DNA of 62,895 nucleotides, counting the filler, from Kipferlia bialata (lineage: Eukaryota), in the NCBI GenBank assembly GCA_003568945.1. It is 4 parts of 4 records of this genome, joined end to end, with 100 filler letters (N's around TTAATTAATTAA, not from the genome) between each part and the next. Parts side by side here need not be neighbours in the genome. Positions count along the whole stretch, not along the records: positions 25,970 to 54,834 come from BDIP01000061.1; 3 more parts are not named here. One strand, written 5' to 3'. The notes beneath the pieces were generated by a model. That model saw nothing but the letters and a program-made list of their open reading frames with translations. It made no database searches and was not told the DNA's origin. Both the position numbers and the translations under genes were made by a program. This document shows positions 26,053 to 41,000 of the stretch, piece by piece; the stretch's first letter is position 1; each line of letters begins with the position of its first letter.

Positions 26053-29000
26053 GTTGCGTCTGGCAAGCAGATGTCCTACGTGGTGGCTGTGTGTGCCGCC
26101 TCTCGCAACGTGCCTCTGAAGGTGGCCCGCCCCTCCCCCATGCCCCTGCAGATGCAGTACGAGAGATGCATCAGTGCTCTGAAGAAGTACAACAGCGATG
26201 TGTCTGTGGAGGTGGACCAGGCCAGTGCCACCTTGGAGAGATTCGTCACAGACCTAGAGGCAGCCACCACGTTCCAGGGTATGGTTCTATGTACAAATAG
26301 TGATGCAGTGATAGACGTGCCAATGCTCACCCCCCAGGCCTATGCGACGTGACCAACGGCCTTCTGAGTGACATCGGGTCCATCCAGAACAGCACGACGG
26401 TGGGCGAGCTGGGGGAGGTGCTGTATGGAGAGGTGATGGCTGCCTACAAGAGAGTGGCCCTGCTGACAGCTCCCTCCTTCCTCACCCTGACCGACACTCT
26501 CTTCGACCAGCTCATGGCCGGCATCAAGAAGACCGACACACTCTACGGAAGGTGCAGTGGGTAGATGTATACACACTCACACACACACTCTCTCTCTCTC
26601 ACTCCCCCTCACCGCAGGGTGTCTGGTGTTGGCATGCCCTCACACAACCAGTGGCCCAAGCAGATGCTGCGGGTGAGGCAGGGCCATGCCGCCATGCTGC
26701 GTGTGGTAGTGGATGTGTTTGGCAGGGACAGCCCCGAGGAGGCCATGGTACTGGGTGCCTACGAGCACACCAGGGTGTACCTCGAGGAGAGTGGTGCTGT
26801 GGAGGACCCCTGGGTGTGCATGGGCATGTATGAGACCAGGCAGTGGGACCAGCAGACTGTGTATGATGATGTGACTGAGCAGTACGAGACCAAGGTGGCC
26901 AGGGTGGAGAGCCTCCTCCTCGACTGCTTCAAGGGCAGGTTCTACTCCCTCGAGGCCGAGGAGTCCGTGTACGACCTGTTCAGGGCATTCGAGACTGTGC
27001 TCAGGAGGCCCAGCATCTCTGTGGCCGTTGCTGAGTACAGAAAGCCTGCCATAGAGAGGCTGGGACACGACCTGTGGGTGCTCAAGAGAAGCATCGACGA
27101 TGTACGGGGGTGGTGTATATATATATATATCCTCTTATGTTATATCCTTCTCACTCTTCCCTGACTGTCAGTACTCCTCTGACAGCGACTTCCAGGCCAA
27201 CGTTGGCGTGACCCTCCCCCACATCACCAGTCACATTGCAGTGGCCCTGTGGTACACCATGTACTGCAACAGGGTGACCAAGATCGTCAGCAGGTGGGCG
27301 CAGAAGTGATACAATGTCTTGCTTACAGTAGAGTGGGTGATATAGTATATCTATCTATATTGTCCTTCCTGGTGGGATATTGTGCCTGACCCCCAGGGTA
27401 GCTGCTGTCCTAGGCACTGACTGGAAGAAGAGCACTGCCGCCAAGGGCATCAAGGACAACCTGGCCATACCCGAGGGCATGGAGAGGTCCTTCCACCCCG
27501 GCAGGATGCTCAAGGAGTGGGAGACTAGATGTCAGGTGCGGCACATACATACGCTGTACACTCTAACACTCCATCTCTCACCCCCAGCGTGTGCTGTCTG
27601 AGTGGACAGGCCCTGACAATGCCCCCGGTGTGCAGGACCAGTATGTGCTGGTGATGCCCACCAAGGACCACAGGGAGATCACCCTCTCCCCTGCCGTGGT
27701 GCACGACATGAGGCTGGTCGATGACTTCAGGGTGGTCTACTCATACTTCATGGCAGGTGGGGGATGTAGTCACTCTTGCATATATTTCTAGGCCTAGTAC
27801 TTCTCCCTCCCACCCCAGTCCTGCCCAAGTTCGATGTTGCCCTGGTTGACTTCAGAGTGCCCCAGCTCGAGAACGCCAAGAAGGTGGGTGTATCTGTTGC
27901 CGTATTTAGATATGTGCAGAGTAGTGGTGCTGTTGTTGTCCCCATTGCCAACCTCCAGGTCACCTCCACCTTCCTGCACCTAGGGAAGTACATCACTGTG
28001 ATCAGAGAGGCACTGGCCAGGTGAGGGTTGCATACAGTGTCCCCATCTATGTCTGATTCCTCTCATTCCTCTCTTCTCACCCAGGTACCACGATGTGCGT
28101 GCCAGATTCATAAGACCCTCATCCGACAAGATGTCCATCGCACAGCCAGGGTACATCTCTGGCTCCTCAGAGCTCTCCGCCCTACTGCTAGGATCCCTCA
28201 AGGTATATATATGAGACATGACTCTCTATCTCTCTCTGCCTGTGTGTGCTGACTCCAGACCGTGCACCATGCCATGCGCCCCCCCAGTGACTCCGGGGCC
28301 CTTGGTCTCACCTCTGTCACCTGGGTCATGTTGCTGAACAGAGACTTCAAGTCACTCGAGGTGGTCAAGAACCTGGCTGTGGCCTGCGAGTCCCTCTATG
28401 ACCTCTTCCTCGACCTGCTCGACATTGCCGAGGAGGCCGAGACTCTCATAGCCTCCCTCGCCACCTGCCCCTTCGGCTCCATCCGGTCTGTGCTCTCCTC
28501 TCTCTCCGACATCGTCCTGAGGACATCCCCCAAGGCAGGAGGGAGGTTCGAGGAGGGCGCCTCTGCCCGGTTCGCCAAGATGCTTGATGGCCTGTGTGTC
28601 TCAGTGCTACAGGCCCGACTCTGCCATGCCCTGGGGGTGGTACATGCATCACTGGGCGGGGAGGACACGCTCTCCCCCTCTGGCAGCAGCACAGCCCTGG
28701 ACACTGTCACTGTACAGCCACAGGACACAGAGAGGTGAGTTATCACACACACACATATATATATGTATGTATTCTCTAGATGTGTTGTATACACTAGCCC
28801 TCACCCCCAGTGTCTACATCTCTGGTGCCGTGGCCTCTGCCTGTGAGGCCGACGCCCCTCTCTTCAGACCCACCCCCTGCCCCGTCGTCCTATCTATCGA
28901 GGGCTCATCAGTGGCTGTGTCTCCCTCCATCCCCTCCCTCGAGGGGCACCTCCTGGCCAGCGTCAACAGCGTCATCTACATGTTCACATCCCTCTCCCTC

Positions 29001-32000
29001 CCCTCCGGTGCATCTGCCTCTGGGGCAGAGGGTGTCCCTGGGGTGGCATCTGGTGCAGAGGCAGTTGCCCAGGCCACCAAGTGCTACACGGCTGTTTCCA
29101 CCGTGGTGTCCCATGCCGTAGGGCAGCAGAGGACCTGGGACAGCTGCCTGGGTGCCCTGGCCATCAAGCACGAGGTGGTGTTCATGCTACTAGGGGATGA
29201 CCTTAGGAAGTGGGACAGGGCCATGCTGGAGCTGGCATCAGAGAGACAGAACCTGCTCGCACCCTCCTCAGTCGGTGCAGCCTCTGCCTCGGCCAGTGAC
29301 CTTGCCCCTGTCGACTGCACACAGCTCAGACGCGATGTGCTGGTCAGATACGACACATGGTGGGTGCATGTATTACGCAGGCTGTGGCCTATATACAGAT
29401 GATGTCTAAACATACACCTCATTCCTAGGTACGGCCAGTTCTTCGCTGAGTTCTGCAAGAGGGTGTGCCTCTTCAGCGACTCCCTCCTGGAAGAGTGCGA
29501 GGAGGTGTCGACTGTGTCAGCCGGGGTGACCCTCGAGGGACACGGCCTCGACTCACAGGGTGCGCACTACACATGATATGTATATATACCCCATGCCGCT
29601 GTAGACCCTTACCCCCCAGCCTTCATTTAGTGATTGTAATATGTATCATAATTAGTGTACTCTTACCTTCAGCCTTCATCGAGTCCTCTGCTGAGATTGT
29701 GTCTGCCAGGGACAGGTACCTAGCCCTCAAGGAGCAGGTGGCCAGGCTGGACAGGTCCGAGGAGATCCTCGGAAAGATCAGATGCAGCCTGCCCAAGGGT
29801 GAGTGGTCCCACTGTACTCGGCAACAGTGTACAGTATATACGTATTGATGTGGTGCTATCATTCTCCCTTTATCTGACCTCTCAGACTGGTCTGGACCCA
29901 ATGTGCGCAAGGCCTTCAGCCGTCTGCAGCACACTGTGCCAGCCATGTTCGAGGACCTGGTGTCTAAGGTACAGACGATACATGGATACTCATACACTGT
30001 ATATATATCAGCCACTAACCGCCAGGTCCCCCAGCTACGCGATGCCCTGTGTGAGTGTGACAAGGCACTGGCCTCTGTTGTGTCCAACACCCTGGACGAG
30101 TGGTCTGACTCTAGACCCTCTGCTGTGTCGGTGTCACCCGGCAAGGCACTCTCCCAGTGCGCCACTGCCGCAGGTATAGATATGTATGAATGCATATCAA
30201 CTTATTCCTCGCAATCGCCTTACCCCAGGCACCTTCAGTGAGCTCAAGCAGCGCGTGGCCACCCTGGGCCCTCTCTTTGCGGCCACCTCTGCCCTGTCCC
30301 GCACCTATAGTGAGACCCACCTGCAGACAGAGGACGGGGTAGAGTACCTGTCTCCCCTGAGGAGTGAGGTCACGGACAAGGGCTGCGATGCTACTCTGTC
30401 AGCCGCCCTCATTGAGGTGTCAGACCTCACACAGGTACGCCATCTGTATCAGTGTCTTATGCCAGTACATTTGTTTATCAATAGAGTAGTAGATTGTGTT
30501 TTTAGTTAAGCCCATGCACTAACCCCAGGTCTGGACCTGTCTTCGTACAGGCTACGACAACATTGAGGAGATTGGCCGTGTCCTGTGGCGCAACCTCGAC
30601 AACAGCGTAGTCCTTGGGAAGCTCAGGGCCACCCGTGCCGAACTTGTCGACCTCCCAGCTGGCATCAGGTCCTATGCCTGCTTCGGCGCTGCCCTTGACG
30701 TGCTTGATGGCCTCATCTCTCTCTCCCCCACCATCGACCAGCTGGCGTCCGAGGCCCTCAAGCCCCGGCACTGGAGGTCTCTCTCCCACCAGCTCAAGAC
30801 ACCCCTGGAGCCCCAGGGCAGATTGTCCCTGGAGCAGGTGTGGACTGCCCTTGGGAAGAGGCGCGGCAGTGAGCAGGAGATTGCCTCACAGGCTGTGCTG
30901 ACAGTGGCCACAGGAGAGCTGGGACTGGAGCGGTACCTGGACCAGATCGAGGACCAATGGAGCCAGTACACATTGGAGCTAGTCAAGGCCGCCAGTACCA
31001 GGGGCAGGTGTCTGCTCATCACAGGGTGGAAGGACCTCCAGGGTGGGTGGTACATTGTGTGTTACACTGTCTTATTTTTATGTGTCTCTTTACGAGATTT
31101 ACCTTCTCACCCTCCAGCCCTTCTGGACGAGCACCTTCTCTCGATCAACTCCATGGTCAACTCGCCATACTACGGACAGGTGGGTGCCCCTCCATGTATA
31201 TATCATACATAGTTCTATGACGCATCATGCATGTGTATATCCGTTCCTTACCCCAGTTTGCAGAGCGTGCCTCCCAGTGGAACGAGTGGCTAACAGGTGC
31301 CGCCACCCTCATAGAGGAGTGGGCCCAGGTGCAGAGACTGTGGGTGCACCTCCAATCAGTCTTCGAGGCCTTCACCGCCTCCACCAAGCGGGGTGGGGGT
31401 GTGGCCGTCCACCTCTCTGGTGTCATCACCAAGCTGAGGCAGGCCGATGCTGAGTTCATATCCGTCATGGAGCAGGCCAAGCAGGGGCCTGTTCTCTTCG
31501 ACCTGGTTGCCAGGCACAACGCAGCCCCCAAGAGGCCCCTGCAGGCTAGGCTCGAGAGGGTGAGTGACACCCTCACCCAGGTGCAGAGGTCCCTGGGAGA
31601 GTTCCTGGAGGCCCAGAGGCAGAAGTTCCCCAGGCTCTACTTTGTGGGAGACACTGATGTGCTCGACATCATCTCCATCGGTGCCGCCCCTTCATTGCTT
31701 CAGAGGCACTGGGCCAAGATGTTTGGGGGACTGTCCTCTGTGGATGTGGAGTTCACAGGGGAGGACACCGGCAAGGGCCAGGACGCCCTCATCACAGCCT
31801 TTGTCAGTCATGAGGGGGAGAGGGTACTGTACAAGCACCCCATCGCTGTGCCTGCCGGGTCTGACTTCCATGACATGCTCAACGCGGTGGAGAGGGAGAC
31901 CAGCGAGACACTCCGCCTCCTCACCATCGAGTGCATTGCAGAGACCAAGGCTGTCCTCGAGACATGCTTCGGTGCCAAGGCTGAGACAGAGGGAGCAGTG

Positions 32001-35000
32001 GACCCAGCCGATCAGATGCTGGCCCTTCTCCCCAAGTACCCTGTCCAGTCACTCATTGTGGCCCTCCAGGTATACTTCACAGCCCTGACAGAGAGTGAGC
32101 TGGCTGCCAAGACCACCCCTGAGAGGAGTATCGAGGAGGCTTCCAGGCTGCTCACTGTGCTCGGAGGCCTAGCTGGCCACAGGGCCCTGTCTGGCCACCA
32201 GAACAGGGACAGCAGCCGCAGGACATGCATCAACGAGGTGCTGCACTTTAGAGTGATAGCCAGTGACCTCAGGGCCAAGGGCATCTGCGACAAGGGGGCC
32301 TACGAGTGGCTCAGCCAGATGCGGTTCTACTACGACAGCGATGCCATCCCCGAGTACAACGAGGCTGCGACTGTAGATGTCTCCAAGTCGGTGCCGGGTG
32401 ATGTCAGGGTGGCCATGTCAGACGCATCCTTCAAGTACGGCTGGGAGTATGTCGGGGCAGGGCCCAGGATTGTGCAGACTAGGCTCTCCGACCTCTGCTA
32501 CCTCAACCTCACCCAGGTACAGCGGTAGTTTGTTCATACATACATATATTATATATCATACACTATGCCCTCTCTTACACCCAGGCCCTCCACTCTCGTT
32601 TCGGAGGCTCCCCCTTCGGCCCTGCCGGTACGGGTAAGACCGAGACCGTCAAGGCCCTGGGCACACAGCTGGGCAGGATGTGCATAGTGTTCAACACGGA
32701 TGAGACCTTCAGCGAGGCTGTAATGGCCAGGATCTTTGCCGGTCTCTGCCAGTGTGGCCACTTTGGTTGCTTCGACGAGTTCAACAGACTGGACGAGCAC
32801 ATCCTGTCAGCTGTATCCCAGCAGATCCTGTCCATCCAGTCTGCCCTGCTCAGCGGGGACAGGAATATCAGCCTGAGTGGCAGGACGGTCAAGGTGTCCC
32901 CCAACATTGGTATCTTCATCACCATGAACCCTGGATACGCTGGCCGTAACGAGCTGCCCGACAATCTCAAGGCCCTGTTCCGCTCGGTGGCCATGGCTAG
33001 TGCCGATAGACAGAGGATCAGTGAGGTGCTGCTCCTCTCCCATGGCTTCAGACACGCCGATGTGCTGGCTGGCCGCATTGTGCCCCTGTTCTCACTGTGT
33101 CAGCAGCAGCTGTCGAAGCAGACCCACTACGACTGGGGCTTCCGTGTGCTCAAGACTGTGCTGGATGCCGCAGGGTGCCGGATGAGGGAGAGCAGGGCGG
33201 AGTGCGACTCAGACTCTGAGGGCGAGGAGGAGGTGGACTCCCTCACTCAAGAGCAGGACATCCTGGCCTCAGTCATCCTGTCCAACATATCCCCCACCCT
33301 AGTCTCTGCAGACCAGCCCCTCTTCAGACAGATCCTGACCGACGCCCTGCACGGTGTGTCCCCCAAGATGCAGCACTCAGAGGCATTCACAGAGGTGGTG
33401 AAGCAGGTGTGTGAGGACGCCTCCCTCTTACCCCACAAGCCATGGCTGGAGAAGGTCCTCCTGACCCTCACTGCAACAGACAGCAGGCAGGGTACCATGC
33501 TGGTGGGTGTCAGTGGCTCTGGCAAGACAGCCGCCCTCCGGACCCTGGCTGCTGCACTCGAGAGGCATGAGCAGAGGCCCGTGCACGTGCACTGCATAGC
33601 ACCCAAGTCTATGTCGAAGGATGACCTGTTTGGGTCACTAGATAGCATGACGAGGGAGTGGAGGGACGGAGTGTTCACATCTGTCCTGAGGAAGCTGCTG
33701 GAGGATGAGACTGTGTCCAAGGACAGACACTACATTGTGTTTGATGGAGACCTCTCCACCGACTGGGTCGAGAACCTCAACTCAGTCCTCGACGACAACA
33801 GGTGGGGGGTTTATGTATGTGTATACTCAATATCTAGTTTTGCAGTATATGATTATCCTAACCTCAGGACCCTGACCCTCCCCAGTGGAGAGAGGCTTGC
33901 TGTGCCCAGCAACGTCAAGCTCATCTTCGAGGTTCTGTCCCTCAAGTATGCCACCCCCGCCACAGTCAGTCGGTGCTCCAAGGTAGGGTGCTGTACATAC
34001 ACCATGTACAATGTTTATAGAGTAGATCTCTGATGTTATTCACTTTTGACCCCCAGGTCTGGTTCACCGACACCGACCTCCCCTCAGACGTCTATCTCAG
34101 AGGTGTCACCAAGAGGCTGGCCTCGGCACCACTCAACGAGCCTGAGCGCTGGGGGGCATTCTCTCTTCCAAGGTATATATTTGTATATACATATACTAGA
34201 GATGTGTATTGACATGGGTATACATGCCTCACCCCAGGAAGGAGTCTGCCGGCCTAGGCGGCATTGGGTCTGAGCTGACTGTGTCCATGAAGGTGCAGCA
34301 GATGGCAGGCGACATCCTGACCCCCCTCCTGTCCCCCCTGTACGATGCAGTCTACAAGGGCTTCGTGGCATCCGGCCTCTCCACCGCTGAGGTCATGTCC
34401 CACGCCTCCCAGAGGACATCGCGCTCAGTCGTGTCCCTCCTCTTTGCAGGCATCCGCAAGCTCATATCCAAGGCAGAGGCCGCCAACACTGTCGGTGGGG
34501 CCATGGTTGTGAGTGCTGAGGCCGCTGTACAGTCTCTAGGCACAGACCACATCAACACATTCATCCTGCAGAGGCTGCTCTTCTCTCTCTTCTGGGGCTT
34601 CGGCCTCCCCCTCACCCACGAGAGAAGGGCTGACCTCGCAGACATCATCACGGGAGTGGTGGCAGAGCACCCAGCCGTCACCGTCGCCCTCCCCCCCTTC
34701 CCCCTGTCGGATGGGTTCCCTGACGCAGGCCTCGCCGACTGGCGCAGCTGGGCCGAGCTGGTACCTGCCACCTCTGTCAACGAGAGCGAGGTGGGTCTTG
34801 TGGTGATCCCCACCATTGACACCGTGGCCCACCAGCACGTGATTGGGTCCTACCTGGAGAACGGGGAGACCATCCTGCTGTGCGGACCCCCAGGCAGTGG
34901 AAAGAGTATGTCCCTGACGGCCACGCTCAAGAACCTACCTGGCTACGAGGCCGTGTTCCTCAACTTCAGTAGCCACACCGACCCCGCCCTCATCAGACAG

Positions 35001-38000
35001 ACCATCAGGCGGCACTGTCAGATCAAGCACACCCCCAGTGGCCATGAGGCTGTACCAGCCGGGGCGGGTGTTGAGCACCTGGTGCTCATGTGCGATGAAA
35101 TCAACCTGCCGGTGAGTGTGGTGCCTGTAGTATAGTGTATGTTTGTGTTTGTATTACTGCCTCTCTTGTATGCTTACCCCAGGGCCCCGATGCCTTTGGC
35201 ACCCAGAGGGTCATTGCCTTCCTGAGGTCTCTCATGGTCCATGGTGGATACTGGGACACAGAGACCCTGCAGTTCGTGAGGCTGAGAAACGTCCACATCA
35301 TCGGTGCATGCAACCCCCCCACTGATGCCGGTCGCTACCACCTTTCGCCCTCCTTCCTGCGGCACTCTGGTGTGCTCCTGGTCAACTTCCCCTCAGAGCC
35401 CTCCATGCTCACAATCTACAGCGCATTCAACGACGCCGTCCTCAGGCGCTTCCGCTCTCTCTCTGACCACGTGTCGGCCACCACTGCCGCTATGGTCGAT
35501 GTCTACAGCAAGGCGAGAGCAGAGTACACGCCCGACAAGCAGGCCCACTACATCTACTCCCCCCGTGAGCTGACCCGTTGGGTGAGGGCACTGCACATCG
35601 GTCTCCAGGCAGCCACGGAGCCGTCCCTCGACCTCCTTGTCAAGCTGGTGGTGCACGAGGGCATGCGTCTGTTCCACGATAGACTTGTCACACAGCCCGA
35701 GAGGGCCCTCACAATCCAGCTTATCCAGAGTGTTGTGGAGCTCCACTTCCCCCAGGTCGATAGGTCTTGCTTCAGCGCAGGCTCCCTTCTCTTCAACTTC
35801 ATTGGAGCAGAGACATACAGGGAGACAAGTGTCAACGAGCTGAGGTCTCTTCTGAGGCGCAGGATGAGTGTGTATGTCGAGGAGGAGGGTGCCACGCCCC
35901 TCGTCCTGTTCGACGATGTCATTCAGCACGTGTCCAGGATCGACAGGGTGCTCAAGCAGCCCGTGGGCCACCTCCTCCTGGCAGGTGGCAGTGGGGTGGG
36001 TAAGACGGTGCTGGCAAAGTTTGTGGCCTGGCTGAATGGGTATGAGACAGTCTCCATCTCCACATACCGTGGCTACACCCTGGCTCAGTTCGAGGAGGAG
36101 CTGAGGGCCGCCATGTCCAGGGCAGGCGCCAAGGGTAGGAGCATCGCCTTCCTCTTTGACGAGAGCAACGCCTTGGAGACGGCCTTCATCGAGCACATGA
36201 ACGCCCTGCTGGCCGGAGGAGAGGTCCCCGGTCTCTTCGACGGAGAGAGCCTTGCCCAGGTGATAGGGGAGTGCAGGCAGGAGGCCAGGCGGCTGTCCTC
36301 CGTGCAGGGCCAGACAGGCAGGGGCATGGACGCAGAGAGGATGGCTGTCCCCAGTCAGCAGGCCACAGACGAGGAGGTGTGGTCCTGGTTCGTGTCTAGG
36401 GTGCAGGCCAACCTCCACGTTGTCTTCAGCATCAACCCCTCTGCTGGTGGTGCCTCTGCCTCCATGGGTAGCCATGCCTCCCGCTCACCAGCTCTGTTCA
36501 ACAGGTATGGCACATATCCGGTTATATATATATACGAATATATACATGTATCTAATCTCCAGGTGTGTTGTGGACTGGATGGGCGGCTGGAGCGTTGGGT
36601 CTCTGTACCAGGTCACAGACCACATGCTGGATGCCATTGACATATCCTGTGCCCAGGATGCTGAGACCGACCCCACCTACAACGACGAGTGCAAGGATGA
36701 GCTGCTGGACGCCCTAGCCGACCCCCTCCTGCCCATAGACGCCAAGCAGGAGGCCCTCGTGGCCACCACAGGGGGTCTGTCCCTGAGGGAGAGAGTCACC
36801 AGGGCATGCGTAAGGCTGCACTTAGTGACAGCAGACACCGCCTCTAGCGTCACAAAGCTCAGTGCAGCTGTTGTCTCACAGGCCGCTGCCTCTGGACCCG
36901 ACTTCACAACCACACCCAGACACCTCGTCTCCTTTGTCGACACGCTATCGCGTAACTTGGGCAACAAGGCCGCCCACGTGGCCGAGACCCTCGCCCATCT
37001 CTCCCGGGGTGTGTCTGCTCTAGAGACCACCTCAGGCACTGTGGCAGCCATGCGCAGTGACCTCAGGGAGAAGCAGGTGGAGCTGCAGGAGGCGTCTGAG
37101 CTAGCAGACCAGAAGCTAGGGGTGATGGTGGACAAGAGGAGAGACGCCCAGGAGAGGCGCAACCAGGCCGAGACACTTGCCAAGTCGCTGACGGAGAGGC
37201 AGGAGCAGATTGAGGAGAGGAAGGCCTTTGCCGTCGACAAGCTGGCCGAGGTCGAGCCTGCTGTCCAGGAGGCCAAGAAGAGTGTGCGTTCCATCTCTGC
37301 GCAGCACCTGAATGAGCTGAGGAACATGGCCAGGCCACCCCCCGCTGTGCAGTGCGCCATAGAGGCAGTGTGCATCATGATTGGGGAGTGGAAGAAGGGC
37401 GGCCTAGAGTGGTCCGAGGTCAGGAAGGTGCTGAGGAAGGACAGCTTCATGCCCTCCATCCTCAACTTCAACGCAGACGCCATCAGACCCAACATCGTGA
37501 GGCTGCTCAACAACAAGTACGTGCCCAACCCCATCTGGGACCCAGCTGTGGCCTACAGGGCCTCCCATGCCGCAGGGCCCATGGTCAAGTGGGTCAAGAG
37601 CCAGCTGCTGTACGGAGAGATCATCGTACAGGTGGGTGTGTGTAGTTTAGATGTATGTTGTTATGTCTCTCTTCTCTATCTGACTGTAGGTTGCCCCCCT
37701 GCGGAAGGAGGTCGAGGAGCTGGAGGCAGAGGCTGCCACGATGCAGGCTCAGTATGATGCAGTGGCCTCGGAGCTCAAGGCTGTCGACGAGGAGATCGAG
37801 GTACATATGTATGTGTGTATGCCTACACCGTGTGTGTGTGCTAGATGCCATAGTTGTTAGTCGTTGACCCCAGGTGTACAGCCTTGAGTACAAGGACCTT
37901 GTGCGTAGACAGGAGCACGTCAAGCACACCATCGAGGAGACACAGGTATCAGTGTACATATATACTACTTACTATACATACTATATACACGTATATATAC

Positions 38001-41000
38001 ACTGACACTGACCCCAGGCCAAGCTGGACAGGGCCGAGTCCCTGACCGGGTCTCTGTCACAGGAGCAGGAGAGGTGGGGCAAGCAGGTGCAGGAGGTGAC
38101 CACCGAGACCACGCAGACAGTCGGAAACGTGCTGACCCTCGCTGCATACACTACCTATGCCCTCGTGTACCCCACGGATCTTAGGGTGGAGCTTCTGAGG
38201 AGGTGGAGGGCCGTGCTCGACGACTTCGACATTGCATTTGACGAGGTATGCATCACTTCCATCTCTGTACATTCATAGTGTGTTTCTCTGCAACCCTCTC
38301 TTACCCCAGGACATGCTGATCGACGAGGGACTGTCCACCGCTGAGGATAGACTGCAGTGGCTGGACGTGGGTCTCCCCAACGACTCCATCTCCCTTGAGA
38401 ACGCAGGTGCCCTGTTCAGTGTGAGTGACGACACACCCAGGGTGCCCCTCCTCATCGACCCCGCTGGCCAGGCCGTGGCCTTTGTCAAGAGGGTCCTCAA
38501 GGACAAGAAGCTCGTGGTGGGGTCACCCCTGGACAGGGACTTCATGCAGAAGCTGGAGCAGGCCCTGCGGTTCGGCCTCCCCCTGCTTGTCACCGATGCG
38601 GAGGTGTTTGACCCCGTCCTCAACCCCATCATCGACCCCGACACCCTGGCTAGGAGGGTCAGTCTCAAGGGCAGGAGCATGAGCGTCGAGATCGCAGGCC
38701 GCAGCGTCGACTACTCCCCCTCCTTCCGCCTGATCCTGACCACCACCAACGTGGCTGCCGCCTTCCCACCCCACATTGTCTCACAGACGAGGGTGCTCAA
38801 CTTCAGCGTGACCGCCGCCTCTCTCTCCTCCCAGATCTTCAACGCGGCCCTCTTCCTCGAGCGGCCCTCTGTGGGCAGGGACAGGCAGGACACAATGAGC
38901 GCAGAGAGGCGCTTTGCCGTGCACCTGCGGTCCCTTGAGAACCAGCTTCTGGAGCTCATCTCCACCGCTGGTGGCAAGGTGCTCGAGGACGACGAGGTGT
39001 CGTCTGCCCTGTCTACAGTGAAGAGAGACGCCGCAGAGGCAGAGGCCAACCAGGCTGAGGTGCTGCACAAGAGGGCTGAGCTCGACAAGGCGTCCAGTCT
39101 GTACGAGACCCTGGGAGCCACCGCAAGTGGCATCTTTGGCCTGCTGGACAGACTTGTCACACTCGACGACAGCCTCGTGTTCTCACTCCCCTTCTACCAG
39201 GTATGGATTTGTGGATATTGTTATATTCATATACTCCTGCACAGTACCCCACCCTTCCTTTACCCCCTAGGTTCTTGTCAAACCAATATGTATATATGTA
39301 AATATCTATTCTAACCCCTAGGTCCTTGTCAAGAGGGCCCTGGCCAAAAGGTGCGTGGTGCTGGCTGCCCAATCAGAGGAGGACGAGATAGCCACTGGCG
39401 GCACCATGATAGGGGACGCACACTCCCCCTCAGCCACCACTAACCGTATGAACCAGGTGGGGCTCGATGCCTATACTCTAGACTAAATCATTATATTGTT
39501 CTCTCTCTCACCCCTAGGTCATCCACGAACTGTCCATGGACGTGCTGATGTATGTGGGTGCCGCCCTCCCAGCCAGACTCAGGGCCGCCTTTGCTCTACT
39601 GGTCCTGTACACAGTCAACACAGACACTGTCGACATCTCGGACGATGCACTGCGCCAGTACCTCACCCCCCTCCCTGCTCTTCCCTCCCTCTCTGGGGAC
39701 GTTGGTGACATCCTGGCCTGGAGAGAGGCCGTTGTGGCACTGTCTCCTGAGCTGAGTGTTCTTCCCTCTGACGACTCCCTCCTGCCCACCCTCGAGAGTG
39801 TGTGTATGGGAGAGGACGTGCACGCTGAGGTGCAGGACCTCCTGACCTCTGCTGCCAGACCCACCCCCATCCAGGCCTCCCTCCTCAGTCTACAGTTGGT
39901 GCACAGTGTGAGGCCCAGTGCAGTCACCACCCTGGCCAACTCTGTCATCCACAGGCTGAGTGACGGACAGGACGTGCTGGGCACCATTGACGCCATGTCC
40001 CTGGGGGATATATGCGATGTGTATGGCGCACAGGGGTGGCCCGTGGTGGCCCTCAGTGCCCCTGGATACGACCCCACACACTCTGTCGTTGAGCTGGCCC
40101 AGGCCCAGTCTGCTAAGCTGGACGTGTACAGCATTGGCTCCAGGGACTGTGTGACGGCCTCACTGGTCAAGCAGATAGGCCAGGCCGCACAGGCTGGCAG
40201 GTGGGTGCTGGTCTCGAACCTCCACCTCGCCAGTGCAGACACCCTCACCTCTCTGCTACAGGTGGCCAAGAGAACTAGGAACAGCAGAGGCCCAGGAGAG
40301 GCTGTTGCCACTCCCTCAGGCAGAGGCAGGGGCAGAGGCATGGCTGGCAAGGGAGACAGGACACACGACAGGTTCCGTCTCTTCTTCTCTGCTCCCGTTG
40401 GATCCTCTCTCCCCGCCTCCCTCTACGCCGAGAGTGCCCGTGTGGTTGTCGAGCCACCCCCTGGTCTACAGTCCCAGGTCCTGCAGGCAGTGGGGAGGGT
40501 GTTCCCAGGCACCCAGCCCGAGAGAGACAGACACAGACGCCCTGCTCAGACACAGAGAGACAGGCTGCTCTTCCTGCTATGTGTGCTACACGGCGTGTTG
40601 GTCAGAAGGGCCGGGTACCTGCCCCATGGGTGGACCAAGGACCCTCAGTTCAGCATGGCCGATCTGCTAGCAGGGGAGAGGATGGTGAACGCATGGCTGG
40701 ATAGAGTGGCCGGCAAGAGCGACAACATCATGCCGTCCAAGATACCCTGGGTGCCCATCAGGTCCCACCTAGTCACCACCATCTATGGGGGCAGGCTGGA
40801 GTCAGACTACGACAAGAGAACACTCAGGGCCCTGGTAGGGCAGATATTCACAGCGGAGGCCTTCGAGACTGGGTACGTGCTGCTCGGCAGTGCTGAGGCC
40901 CCTGTTCAGACCGAGGGTGTGGAGGTGGTGGAGGCAGTCGAGACCGACACCCCGACCAAGGATGCCTCCTACACTGTGCACGGCCTGCTGACGCCTGATG